Shown here: one piece after another, positions 12,611 through 26,500 of the stretch
Layout of the letters: every line of letters begins with the position of its first letter
Numbering within the stretch: the first letter of the stretch is position 1
NCBI RefSeq assembly: GCF_001194135.2
Contig: NC_068984.1
Coordinates: forward strand, 102,081,276-102,145,275
DNA length: 64,000 bases
DNA from: Octopus bimaculoides
Lineage: Eukaryota
Direction of reading: 5' to 3'
Position numbers and translations under genes: made by a program
The notes under the pieces: generated by a model
Databases searched by the model: none
Told to the model about the DNA's origin: nothing
The model's input: only the letters and a program-made list of their open reading frames with translations

Positions 12611-15600
12611 NNNNNNNNNNNNNNNNNNNNNNNNNNNNNNNNNNNTAAACAAAAAAAAATTTTGGTGTGTGATTTAAGGCCTGTTTAGCTATTATTTTTA
12701 GCAATTCTCATAACCACCATTTAATAAGTGAAAAATGACAGTGTGAGTAAGCAGCTTGGTAACAACTTGGCTTGTTTCTATGGAAACAGGCACCTATATG
12801 CCTGTGCCTTTTGATTGGCTAATATTACCCCAAATTTGCAAACTCTAAAAGCTATTAACTCTTTATTTATTGATTTATGACAAAAATGAATTTCATGTCA
12901 GTGATTACTTTACAAAACTACACCAATACACCAAATATGAAATCAGGTGGAGCAAAAATTGAAGAAACTGAAAAGTGGCAGCCAAATAGAAAAAAAAACC
13001 CCACTCTCTCTTTCCTCTACTCTTCATTTATGGAGGCCACTGTAAGACATTTAATTCTACAAGTCATGAGGGGACCTCACTTGTGTTTTTTACGCATAAA
13101 AAGAAAGCACTCTGTATTCACTCTATACACTATAAAGCGGTTAGCATTAAGAATGACATTCAGTCACAAAGGCTATGTCAAAACAGATATTGGAGCATGT
13201 GTCGGTGACACGTAAAATGCACCATTTGAGCATGGCTGATGCCAGTGCCATCTGACTGGTATGTAAAAAGCACCATTTGAGCTTCGCTGATACCTGTGCT
13301 GCCTGACTGGCACCCGTGCCAGTGACATGTAAAAAGCACCATTTGAATGTGGCTGATGCTAGTGCTGGTTGACTGGCTCCTGTGCCAGTGGCACGTAAAA
13401 AGCACCCACTACACTCTCGGAGTGGTTGGCATTAGGAAGAGCATCTAGCTGTAGAAACCTTGCCAAATCCGATTGGAACCTGGTGCAGCCTCCTAGCTTG
13501 TCAGTTCTCAGTCAAACCATTCAACCCATACCAGCATGGAAAGCAGACATTAATGACGATGATGATGAAGAATACAATCTTTCAATTTATTGGATCCTAT
13601 CAAACTGTCAAATTCATGCCAGCATGGAAAACAGATTTTAAATGGTGATGATGATTACCAGCAGCTCTTATAAAACAGTCACAAATATAATATGCATAAT
13701 TCTTCATTGTATGTTTTTCAATATCTGGTGCTCTTCTAAGTTTTGAAAAATGATTTTCTCACCTACTGATACCATTAGAAGAGGTTTACTTCTTTTGGTA
13801 TGAAGAGTTTTATTATGGAAATGAAAATGTGTTTTTTTATCTGCTCAATTTCTACCACATCAGTTTTGCTGTTATACTGTTTTTCTTCAATATGTTCTGT
13901 TGCAGATAATACAAACCTCAATACTATCATAACCCTTTAAATGCAGCCTCATGCTTTTAATACCAATATCTCTCATCAAATCCTTCAAAGCTGGTCTTGA
14001 CAACCAAATCAAATCAAATAATTTTTAGTTTGGTGCTGCCATTAAAATAAAAAAAATTTTGCTTTTTTTTACTTTCAGGTTCATGGCATTATGATGTAAA
14101 TGTGACTTCTGAATCAATAATGATGAAAACCTTTGCATTCTTTACATGCCTCATCGATATTCTTAGTTGTGGCTTGAAGACATTTTCTCTCTCTCGATAC
14201 CGACAGCTGAATAAAAGAATTGGACGTATGATCACGTAAGTCTCTTCTTTTTAGTTTATATTTTTTGGTAATTCTTGCCTTCACTAAACAGTTTCTTGTT
14301 TCTGATTGTTGTTTTATTGGCAGTGTCATAAATGACTTCTCTAATGGTCTAGATCTGACAAGAATCATTGCTTTTGTAATTTGAATGATACTTCTTCATC
14401 TGTTCCAAATTTTCCCCTTATGTTAGGATTATGCAAAGCTGCTTACAATTTAAAAAAAAAAAATCTCTAGATCCTTATAGTACCTTTCTGCCAAAGTTGA
14501 CTTCAAATTCTGCCAAAGTCAACTTCGCTTTCCATCCATTTGGGATCAATAAAATGGTACCAGTCAAACACTGGGGTTGATGTAATTGACTAGCGTTCTC
14601 CCACAAAATTTCAAGCCTTGTACCTATATTAGGAAAGATTATTGTGTCATTGATTATTTAGTAAGAGAATCAGGTATATGGATTTGCATATTGGCCTCAA
14701 ATATGATATATTTTGTTGGTAGCTATTCTCATTTGGGCCATCTTATCTAATGTTGATCAAGAATCCTCTTAGTAAATACACTAATTTAAAAAAAAAACTA
14801 AAATTTTTTTTTACTTAATTTTCGTGTTCTTTTTTAATTTAATGATTTCACCTGCAGACAACTATAACTGCTGTTAATTTCGTTTTAAAACATTGCAGTA
14901 TCTTTATTTTATTATATTTTACAGGCAAATAATGTTATACACATCAGATCACTGGTTAAGTTTCCGCCAATGCAACCAACGTTTACCACCAGCAATGCTT
15001 GAACGATTACAAGTTGAGTTTGACCAGCTATTTTTACGTGCTGTCCATTGTATTCTTAATGCTGAAAGGTAAGCTGTTTGGTTTGTTTGCCATTATATCT
15101 AAGGCTGGAGCATCTTTAATCAATCATATATAAGACTATTTTCCTTTAACCCTTTAGCATTTGAACCAGCCATAACTGACCCAAGTATTCTACATGTTTT
15201 TTATTCAATCTGACCAAATCCAGCTTCGCACACCTAAAAATATACATTTACATCATCAGAATCTCTAAGCTACAAGATAATGCCTGATTGATGCAAAATA
15301 ATGTGAATAAAGAAGTATTACATTTGAGAAAGTAATCTGAATGCTAAAGGGTTCAATTTCTGTTAGATAATTCTTTGTTATGGCCCTCCTCTCTCAATTG
15401 TTTTAGTTTAGGGTAAAAATACATCATCATCGTTTAACGTCCACTTTCCATGCTAGCATGGGTTGGACGATTTGACTGAGGACTGGCAAGCCAGAAGGCT
15501 GCACCAGGCTCCAATCTGATCTGGCAGAGTTTCTACAGCTGGATACTCTTCCTAACGCCAACCACTCCAAGAGTGTAGTAGGTGCTTTTACGTGCCACCT

Positions 15601-18600
15601 GTACGAGGGCCAGTCAGGCGGTACTGGCAACGGCCACGCTCAAAATGGTGTATTTTATGTGCCACTCGCACAAGAGCCAGTCCAGCGGCACTGGCAACGA
15701 CCTCGCTCGGACATTTCCATGTGTTGTTATTACAGATGAAGTGACATCCTGACATAATTTATCTTTTATCTTTTACTTGTTTCAATCATTGGATTATGGC
15801 CATTCTGGGGCACTTCACTGAAGGTTTTAGTAAAATAAAAATTAACCCCAGTACTTATTTATCAGTCTCTTGATAAACTGTTAAGTCACCAGGACATAAA
15901 CAAACCAACACTGGTTGTCAAGCAGTGGTAGGAAGAAACATATATTCATAATCAAAACACACACACACACATGAGGGATTCTACACAGTTTCCATCTACC
16001 AAATTCACTCACAAAGCATTGGTTGGCTTGGGGCTGTAATAGAAAACGCTTAAGGTGCCATGCAATGAGACTAAACCTGAAGCCAGATGGTAATAAAACA
16101 AGCTTCTTAACTACATAGCCATACATTTTTATATTTTTAATTGTTAGAAATCATTGAATAGGTTAGAAGCAGCAAATGTTTGTAGATTCCTGCAATAAAT
16201 AACACTGCAATATTGACTTGCCAGTTAAGGTGGTGAGTTGGCAGAAATGTTAGCATGTGGGGCAAAATGCTTAGTGGAATTTCATCTGTCTTTATGTTCT
16301 GGGTCCAAATTCCACTGAGGTCCACTATGCCTATCAATCTTTCAGTGTTGATAAAATAAGTATCAGTTGAGTACTGGGGTCAATGCAGTTGACTTACTCC
16401 CTTGCCCCCAAAGTGCTGGTCTTGTGCCAAAATTTGAAACAAGTATGGACTTGTCAGTATTTGTAGGTGGAACACACTAACAAATTTAGATTACTTTAGT
16501 ATTAATGGTTTCTGATTAGCAGAACTCATAACAATTTGGGATAAACATAACTTTAAATTAATATATACTATTTAAAATTAATTATTTATCTTAATTCTTT
16601 AATCATGCAGTCAGTAATGTTTATTGGTAATGAAACAGCTGTTGAGCATAAATTATGAACTATTTGTGAAATTTATGCTTTTCTGCTTTGTATTCTAAAT
16701 ATGCTGCTCTAAAAGATCATTTTAACCTAATTTTATAGATACATGCAAATTTTTTCCACCTGCATATCCTTCAATGTTATAACATATTTGAGTAATTACT
16801 TGAGTTCTTAATTACTGTGGATATTTTTTTGATGTTTATACATAAGTTCCCTTTATATAAAGCATATTAGATTCTTTAGCAATGTTATAACTCTTTTCAA
16901 AGTTTCTGGCCTCATTAAAAATTTTGTGTTATAATTGAGTTCTTTTATCTCTTCATAGATATTTTTTTATTGGTAACAATCTATTTCCAAGTCATCATTT
17001 CATGTAAACCAATTCCAAAAGATCATTTTTGTTTGAGACTTTGTAGATCACTTATTCCTTGTATATAGTTATGGGAATGTTTCAAAAGTTGGCCTTTTGC
17101 TTTATAAAAAGAATTCACTTTAATCATTATTTGGTATACATGACCTTAGTAGAAAAGTTAAGTCTCAATTGATATTGTTTTGTAATTGTGGTACTTTTTG
17201 AATCAAACTATGAATTATTTTGATTTTGATTTTTATTAAATGGCCTGATATATTTTGTTTTATCTTTCAGGATGGGGTCTTGGCAATATATGACAGATAT
17301 GCCTTATGCCAGTGTTTCCCTTGAAACTACATGGAAACTCATGTGGATGTTGCACATGGGACAGAATCAATCTGTACTTCCTGACAACTTACCTTCCGTT
17401 GAACAATGTAAAGCAGAATTAAAAGGTTTCAATCTTATGATTTTCTTACATAATTTTTTATTTATTTAAAAAAAAAATTTATATGATCAGTTGTTGTTTA
17501 AAGATTATATTAAAATATTGATTTTGGTCTGTATATAAAAGCATATTTAATCTATTATAATAATAAGGATTGTGTCTGTTTACCATTTCATTAATTTCAT
17601 CTTCTATCTGTGAGCATAACATAGAGTTTTGGCTGTCAATGCAATTACTGCTTTATCTCTCTCTCCACCTTTTTCACTGACTTGGTCTGTCTGTCTGTCT
17701 CTGTCTTTCTATATGTATGTGTATGTGTTACCCTTGTCTATTGCTCCCTTCCTATCTCCTTTTCCTCACACCTTGTGTCCTTACCCTAATTATGTAGGAT
17801 AGCCCAAGACCTCCTCCTTACACAACCCACCCTGTCACCTTCCCACTTTGTCTCCCCTCTTTCTCAATAACTCACAATGGGTTAAGTGTACTATAATAAT
17901 TTATATATTTTAAAATTTGACTCATTTATGGCTGCCACTGTACAACCTGATTTTTACTAGTATTAAGTCTACACTAACTTCCTAAAATTATGTGAGTGGC
18001 TAAAAAAAGATCAAGAGCTGTGTTTCTTACTATGTGGCTCACTAAATTTATTTGGAGACACAACCCCATCGGTATTATTTTACAGTAGGACTAAATACAT
18101 TATGAACATTGAGCTCTTAGACAAGTATGCCAAATAATATCTTATATAGTTGTATTTCAGTAATTATTGTATAACTTTGGGTAGCAACTGTTATTTCCTA
18201 TTTGTTTATCCCTAGAAAGTATGAAAAATGGTTAATATTTTCTTCAAACTTCCCTGTGTTACATTTATTCAAGCCCCAAAGAATCTCTCTCAACACATGG
18301 TTATGATGTTCCCCCACTGCATTTGCTCATGTTCAGAGATGCACATTGTCAGCCACTAAGGTGCTTACAATCAAGCAACTGACAAACAAATGTGTGGTAT
18401 TGAGCAGAATATTTGCTATAATAATATTTCTGCTTCAGCAACTTACTGCTGAATTTGTCTGAAATGTAATGGAAAATAGCTCAGTTTCAAAACATTGATG
18501 TCCCAGTCACAAAAGCAAAGTTTGAAAGGAATAGTAATCATTTCCTTTGATTTCTAGATAAAAGGAAATAGGAACTAACACTTACTAACCAAAGACAAAA

Positions 18601-21600
18601 ATGAATAAATAAATAAATAAAAGTTTTGTTACACAATGTAATTAATAGTTTCTTTTGACTGGGTATGAACATTAAATTGAAGTTGTGGCATTCATGTTTT
18701 TTCAAAAGTGTCTTAGTGAAAAGTGCAGTGAAATATCGGATGGAAATTAAAGCTGTATTATAGATTCAACTCTCCTAACTCTTCCTCCTTCTCTCCCCAT
18801 GGGTTGCATAGATCTCACAGTATCTCCTCACCTATTGTATTCTGTCATCTAGCACACACATCAACACAGAAAACTGGACAACTTTGTTGTTGTGAATGTC
18901 TTACAGTGTGGACTGGGAGCATTATATTATGCCACCAGCATTAAGTGGGGTCTTCCGAAACAGGACCAAAGAGTCGTCTCCTCTATCTATCAGTTCTTTT
19001 GTTTTCAAGTTATTGCCTTCCTAGATGGGTGGTAGTCTGTGATGTAGTTTTATAAGTCCACCATTCATTTGTATATTTCATTTGAGGTATGTTTTCTGTA
19101 GTGGAATGATTTTCCTACCAGTAACCATTGTACAGCATGTACTTGGTGCATTCTATCATGTCCCCAGCATTCCATCCAGCTATTCATCCCGGTTGGGTGA
19201 CTTCCTTGGACCAATGTATCTCTTCCACACTAGATGTTCTGATTGAGCAATGAAGCATTAATGTCTGGCCTAGGTTTTAGTCACAATGGTCTTTCATTAG
19301 CTGAAATACCTCATCTGTGCACACCACGTCTGCAGATGATAGCTATAGTTTACTAACTGAACTGGTTGTTCCTGGCATTGACGATTTGTTGTCTGTTCAT
19401 CTGCCCAACATCTAGTGATAATAGTCAGTGACTCAGTAAGTTCATTTGCCAAAATAGTTCACATCCACCATTCATACCAGTACTAAGGAAGTATACTCAG
19501 TATAATTTTCTTTATATAATTAATGTCATAAAACCTTATTGTAAAACATTTCAGGCTGTGTAGTAATTTATGCAATATATGTATATCTATTATTCACTTC
19601 AGATCCATTAAGAAAAGCTCAACTAGCTGACAGCTTACAAAAAATGCCAATTTCTGAAGCCATCTATCTCCTCACTGCATTCTCTAATATGGTTCAGTGT
19701 CGTCATGAAAGTGAAACAGAGTTTATACAAACAATTACTGTGGAAGTATTTGAGGTAGGTTTCAGACTACAAAAAATTTCTTATATTATGATTGTGCGTG
19801 TATTCAAACTGTTTTACTTATACTTCTTCAGCATTTATGTTGTAATGTTACGTGTTTGTGTGTGTGCATACAAGAAGAGGGAAAATACTCAATAGAAGAA
19901 ACTGTGTTTATTTATTGAAGTTGATTCCCTTTATCGCTGCTCTGAGTTTCCTGTGTTCATGTATTGGTTTAAGCAAAGTATGCATAAGAAATTAAAAATT
20001 CTGATGTAGTCAATTATTAGCTGCGAATGAACACATATACACACACAAATATATATGTGTGTATATATATATATATCATNNNNNNNNNNNNNNNNNNNNN
20101 NNNNNNNNNNNNNNNNNNNNNNNNNNNNNNNNNNNNNNNNNNNNNNNNNNNNNNNNNNNNNNNNNNNNNNNNNNNNNNNNNNNNNNNNNNNNNNNNNNNN
20201 NNNNNNNNNNNNNNNNNNNNNNATACATACACACACATATATATGGTGGTAGTAGTAGTAGTGATAATAATAATGATAATAATAATAATAAAAATAATAA
20301 TAATAATGATGGGAATATCAATAATATTAATAGTAGTAATGCTCTTGGTTGCAATTGTAGAGTTAAATCCCACTGTCCATTATTAGGCCACTGTCTAATC
20401 CAAAACATAATTTATAAATGTACAATCATAAGTGAGACTGGTAACTTTATATAAATATGAAAAAACATATCAATAACCATTTTTCATCTTTTATATTCAA
20501 ACATAAAGCCAATTGTACATCCTTATCTAGCAAGATTTGGGAACTGAAGGAAAGTGGGATTGAATTTAGCCTTAAATGGGATATAATACGGAAAGCGCAG
20601 CCTTATAGAGATAGTTGATACAGGTGTGATCTGTGCTCTATAAAACTTACGAGATTTTTAAGTATAGGGACAAAAACAACCTTATTAATAATAGATTAGA
20701 CCTAAGGGTATCACGCGTGCATAACATCACCTGTACATTCAAGCATTTTCAAAATTAGCGATTATAGGAGCCATACTTGAACTTTGATGATGGAAATTAA
20801 TTTTGGTGTTGTCTCCATTGTAAACTTACCCTCTAGTATTAAGTATAATAAAATCATGGGATATTGTGTTATATGGGGAATTAAATCGCATTGCATATGT
20901 TATAAGCTATATGTTATGGTATGTGGTATGCTATATGTAATTACTATCCCATGAAAACTCCTGTCTAGTTAGTCTGACTTCATCATATTTTTGGTGATCA
21001 AACTACTTTTTCCTTTCTATGATGTTCTGCCCTGCTGATCATATTATGTATATTTGTAATGGCTTTTATGTAAGTAAGTCTCCTAATTGTATACCCCCTA
21101 GAAACTATAAAATCATTTATGTAAGAGAACCTGTAACATTGCAACTAATAGAATATATTTGGTCTGAATACCTCTAACTGCCCTCACTATGCCCATACCT
21201 ACTACCTCCTCTTTTGGGTTACCTTTATCTCTTCCTTACCTTAAATTTTAATATCCTGTCTCTTTAAATGTAGGTTATATATATTTCTTATTTTCTAGAA
21301 ATTCTTATTATTTTGTTTCTTACTTTGATATCCTTACTTATTAACCTCTTAATAGAGATTTTTCAGCTACTTAGGTCTATGCGAGATGATTATATTATAT
21401 CCATATAAACGTATAAATATTTGTGTATATATGCATATATGTGCATAACCTATTAGCCTCTTATCCCTTATAGATTATTATCTTTCTTGCTTGTAAATTG
21501 ATACTTTTTAGTTACTTAAGTCTATGCGAGATGGTTATACTATATCCATATAAATGTATAAATATTTGTGTATGTGTGCATGTGTGCACATAGGATAAAT

Positions 21601-23050
21601 ATGTGTGTGTATCTGTACATATCTTTATTTTATTTTTTCTGATTCTTGGCTCATAGTTAATATATAGGTAGCATGTTTATCTTTCCAGTATTCCATAAGT
21701 AAATGCATTGAGCAGTCTTTATAGAAACCACTTAATAAGAAAATAATTAAATACATGAATGAATATTAAACTGATTCTATGTAATCTTTCCTTTTTAATG
21801 TTGAAAATTGATATATACACATATTTTACTTATTTTGGTTATGATATCATTTTTGATAATCTTAAATTTTATTTTTATACAACATAACAATATTGTTTAT
21901 AAACAATCACCCATAGTAACTCATGATAAAATTTCCTCTGTATTAATGTCATAGGTTTTATTAGCGGCCTGCCCCTTTAACAGGTAATTAACATCATGAT
22001 TTAGAGTCTTCTCCTACCCAGCCTTCTTTTATAGACAGTTACTCTATACCCAATTTACTACTCCTAATGTCTTGACACTATTTATGACTGTACTTAGCCA
22101 TGAGTTGTCAACTCACTCTTGCCCTTCATTCTGAACAAACACAGTCCTCTAGTCTTAGATTTAGTAGTTGATAAAACGACAAATAAATTAGAAATGGATA
22201 AAAGAAAATACAGGAGGATCAGTCAGTTATGATTTTATTCAACATATTCCCTTCTCAGATTCACACACTTATTGCAGCAGTCCTGCAGTCTTTCTAAGCC
22301 CTCAAAACCCCCTCATATATGCATATATACACATACACNNNNNNNNNNATATACATAGATATGTATATATGTTTATGCTTATATACATACACACTAATAC
22401 ACATACAAACACACACACTTACATACAATATTAAGAAATATTCTCTCTTTTCAGATTGCATACCTATATGATCATACTAAAGATTTCTGTTCTAAAGTCG
22501 GCCGTGAGCTGTTGTCTGCCATTGCACAAGTCCATCCAGTCACTATTTCATTTTTGATTCATAAACTACGAGATGTCCGAGGAAATATAGGAGGGGTGAG
22601 TTTATTGAGAATGGAATTGATTTCTGTTTGTTTCTGATCTCTTTCATTGGTCTATGTCTAAGATATAATGAAATGTAATATATGAAGATTTTTCTGGATG
22701 TGTCTTGAAAAAACATTGGATAAAATTTTGTTGGTGCTCTAAATCCTTAAAAGACAACTGGACTAATCCATCACCAAACATTAATTTTGCTAGAAAGGCA
22801 AAATTAGTGACTTCTCTCATTGTCTATCTTTTATCTTTTGTTTCAGTAATTAAACTGTGGCCTTACTGGGGCACTGCCTTGAAGATTTTTTTTAGTTGAA
22901 TGGATTGACCTGGTACTTATTTTTTTTAAAACCAAATACTTATTCTGTCGGTCACTTTTGCTGAACCACTAAGTTATGGGGACATAAAAACACCAACAAT
23001 GGTTGTCAAGTTGTGGTGGTGGTAGTGGGGATAAACACAGACATAATGAC

Positions 23051-23092
<42 letters not shown>

Positions 23093-23455
23093 CAGGCTTC
23101 TTTTAGTTTTTGCCTACCAAATCCACACACAAGGCTTTGGTTGTCCCAAGGCTATAGTAGAAGACGCTTGCCTAAGGTTCCACACAGTGGGACTGAAGCA
23201 AGAACAATGTGGTGGTGAAGCAAGCCTTTTACTACACAACCACATCAGCATCAGCGCCTATGATTAGATTATATATGTTTTTTAACAGAAGCTTCAGGCA
23301 TGGTTATGTAGTTAAGAAGTTTGTTTCCTTACCATGTGGTCTTTGGTTCAGTCCCACTACATGCCATGTTGGGCAAGTGTCTTCTACTATAGCCCTAGGC
23401 AGATCAAAACCTCATGAGTGGATTTAATAGATGGAAACTGAAAGAAGTCTGTTAC

Positions 23456-23505
<50 letters not shown>

Positions 23506-26500
23506 CACTTCTCCCTCACACGTGTGTGTGTATTTCTGTTTGTCCCCACCTACACTCAACCACTNNNNNNNNNNTATTTCTGTTTGTCCCCACCTACACT
23601 CAACCACTGGTGTTGGTTTGTTTATATCCCTGTAACTTAGCAGTTCAACAAAAGTTACCAACAGAAAAAAGTATCAGGCTTAAGAAAAATATGACATTGG
23701 AATCAATTTGTGCAACTAAACCTTTCAAGGTGGTTCCCCAGCATGGCCGCAGTCCATTGAATGAAACAAATAAAAGATAAAAGAATAGCTTGATGTCTCT
23801 GTTTTCATTTGTGAAGGTTTTCTTTCCAAAAGGATTTGAAGCAACTGAAATACATGTTATAGTTTTTCTTTACAAAAACCATTATCCAACTTTTGATATA
23901 TCAAAAATTTTCTCTTAGTATTGGGTCATCCCCTAAATAATGTGGTTTTTTCAATTGCATGAACTAAAAGTTGGAGGGGGATGGGATAAACTACCTGCAT
24001 CAACTTGCTATAAAAGCAGGTAGTAATTTTACCTTTTCCTTATTCTTAGTGCAATTTTGAAGAGTGCAGTTTGATTTTAACAGTTATTTTTTCAAAGTTA
24101 TAATGGACGTGACAAAGGAGCATATTCAGCATATTTTGCTTCATGAATTCAATAAAGGCAACAATGGAATGGAAAGTGCAAGGAATATTAATGCAGTATA
24201 TGGGAATCAGACAATAAGTGTAAGCCAGTGTCATTTGTGGTTCCAGAAATTCAGAGTTGGAAACTACCGCCTAGAAGATGAGCTTCGTCCTGGAAGATCT
24301 GTAGAGCTTAACGAGGACGTCCTGTAAACTATGTGGAACAGACACCCATCGTAACTGTTGAAGAGCTAGCAGAGAAGCTTGGATTTGGTTGTTCAACTAT
24401 TTATTGACACCTGTACTAGAAGATAAAGGAACATCTTTGGTTTCAAGACAAAAGGTGTTCTTTCATCAGGATAATGCTTGGCCACATACAGCAAGGATGA
24501 CTTTCCAAAGGCTGGAGCAGTTTGAATGGGAAATGATGCCCCATCCACCATATTCACTGGACATTGCCCCATCTGATTATTATTTATTCCGCAGTCTTCA
24601 AAATCATTTGGATGGAAAAAATATGAATTCTGTAGATGAGGTCAGAATAGTACTGGAGGACAGATGGAAAGCATTGTAGAAAATGAAAAAGAGTATATTT
24701 TAGATTAAAAAAGAACTTAGTTTATCTTAATTTTGAAAAATAAAAGAAGTATAAAAAAAACTGCATTATTTATGGGATGACCCAATACTTTTTATTGCAT
24801 TTGTTTTGTAGCAGGTCAAAATGTTGCACTAGAGGATTGAATAGTAAGAGGGCATTTTACTGATTAGAGAGAGCTGTGGTTAATAATGTTTATAGGGTTC
24901 TGCACTGCTAACCGAAGGATCAGTGGTTTGTGTCTTGTCTACAGTGAAGCAGTGTATTCAATGTCAAGACAGTTTTCATATGCCCATAGTTACTGTGAGT
25001 TGGGAATCAGCTGCTTTAACTTGTGGAAGTAAGGCAAAATTGTCAAGTGTCTTAATTTGCAGTACTGTGTACTCTTGTTTAAGCATAGTGTGCTGAAAGA
25101 TGTGTTCATTAACTTGGCTTGTCCTAGTACATTGCAATGGTGATTCAACAGCTCAGTGATAATGCATCAACAGATAATTGCTTTATTGAATTCTATAAAC
25201 AAGAGCTTCCACCCTAATATTGATCTTTGATCTGGAGGTAGGTTTGACTAAAGAGACATGACCAAGTTGAAACACTTGTGTCTCAAGGTCCCCTTACTTC
25301 AATGAATTGTTTTGAACATACATTATCTGAAAAGAGTAGGTGAAGTTGTATTTCATCTGAAGATGAAATACAACAGTGATTAACATATTCATGTTTAAAT
25401 CTATCAGAATGTATTAAGAATGAATATGTACATCATGGTCCTGTTTATTGTTTTTAAGAAACTGGACTGAATTAAGAAAGGAAAGAGGAAAAAGAAAGGT
25501 GCTAATCTTATGTGTGTGGTTCATAAACATAGTTCTTTCTTTATTTTTGACAGATGGCGCTATATCTTTTTAAAGAATTACCCATGTATGACTGGCAGTT
25601 GGAGAATGCAGATTTGGCTATTCTTCGCTCCTGGTTAGTGAGTACAGATCTTAGTTCAACAGAACACCTTCTGGGACGAACAATTCTTTCCAATCTGAAC
25701 TGGGGACTTAATAAAGAGGTATGAAATATTTTTAATTCAATTTTTCTCCTAAAATTTACATTATTATTTTTGTTGTTTTTGTTTTATTTTAAAATTATTG
25801 TTTTATTTTANNNNNNNNNNNNNNNNNNNNNNNNNNNNNNNNNNNNNNNNNNNNNNNNNNNNNNNNNNNNNNNNNNNNNNNNNNNNNNNNNNNNNNNNNN
25901 NNNNNNNNNNNNNNNNNNNNNNNNNNNNNNNNNNNNNNNNNNNNNNNNNNNNNNNNNNNNNNNNNNNNNNNNNNNNNNNNNNNNNNNNNNNNNNNNNNNN
26001 NNNNNNNNNGATTGATATTCTACCTATGTGTCCACTTCTCTGATGTGTACAAGATCATCTGAATATTAAATCACTGAGAAAGTTGTTCTTATTTTGAAGA
26101 CTAGGGAAGTATCTAATGGTAATTTAAAAGTTAAATTGAGCTGTTGGACAATTCTGTAGGAGTTCCTTCAATATCTTGCAACAATTATAATAATAATTCT
26201 TTCTAACTTTTGGTGCAAACGCCAGCGATTTTGAGGGGAGAGAGAAGTTGACCTCAGTGGCATTTGAACTCAGAAGAAATGCTGCTAAGCATTTGTTCAG
26301 CATGCCACCTTAACAATAATGATAATATAAAAATATTTATGAAGGCAGTGAGCTGGTGCAATTGTTATTGCACTGGGCAAAAATGCTTAGTAGTATTTTG
26401 TCTGTTTTTATGTTATGTGTTCAAATGTGTCGGGGTCAGTTTTGCCTTTCATCCTTTCAAGGTCGATAAAATAAGTACCAGTTAAGCACTAGGGTCAATG

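Larger units (their letters stand above)
1587..26009. other. Assembly gaps at 1587-1709, 5782-6307, 12611-12645, 20080-20222, 22339-22348, 23565-23574 and 25811-26009
   Basis: N runs, mostly next to microsatellites. Exon phase is continuous across them, so no coding exon is obviously missing. Confidence 0.99.

Noticed and set aside
13200-13410. CRISPR-like look: conserved GCACGTAAAAAGCACC repeats with intervening sequence (also 27950-28210)
   Set aside because: The intervening segments are homologous to each other, the array is part of a dispersed RTE 3' UTR in a eukaryotic intron, and there are no cas genes.
23531-23608. 34-bp direct repeat on both sides of a 10-N gap
   Set aside because: Typical unmerged contig overlap, not a biological duplication.
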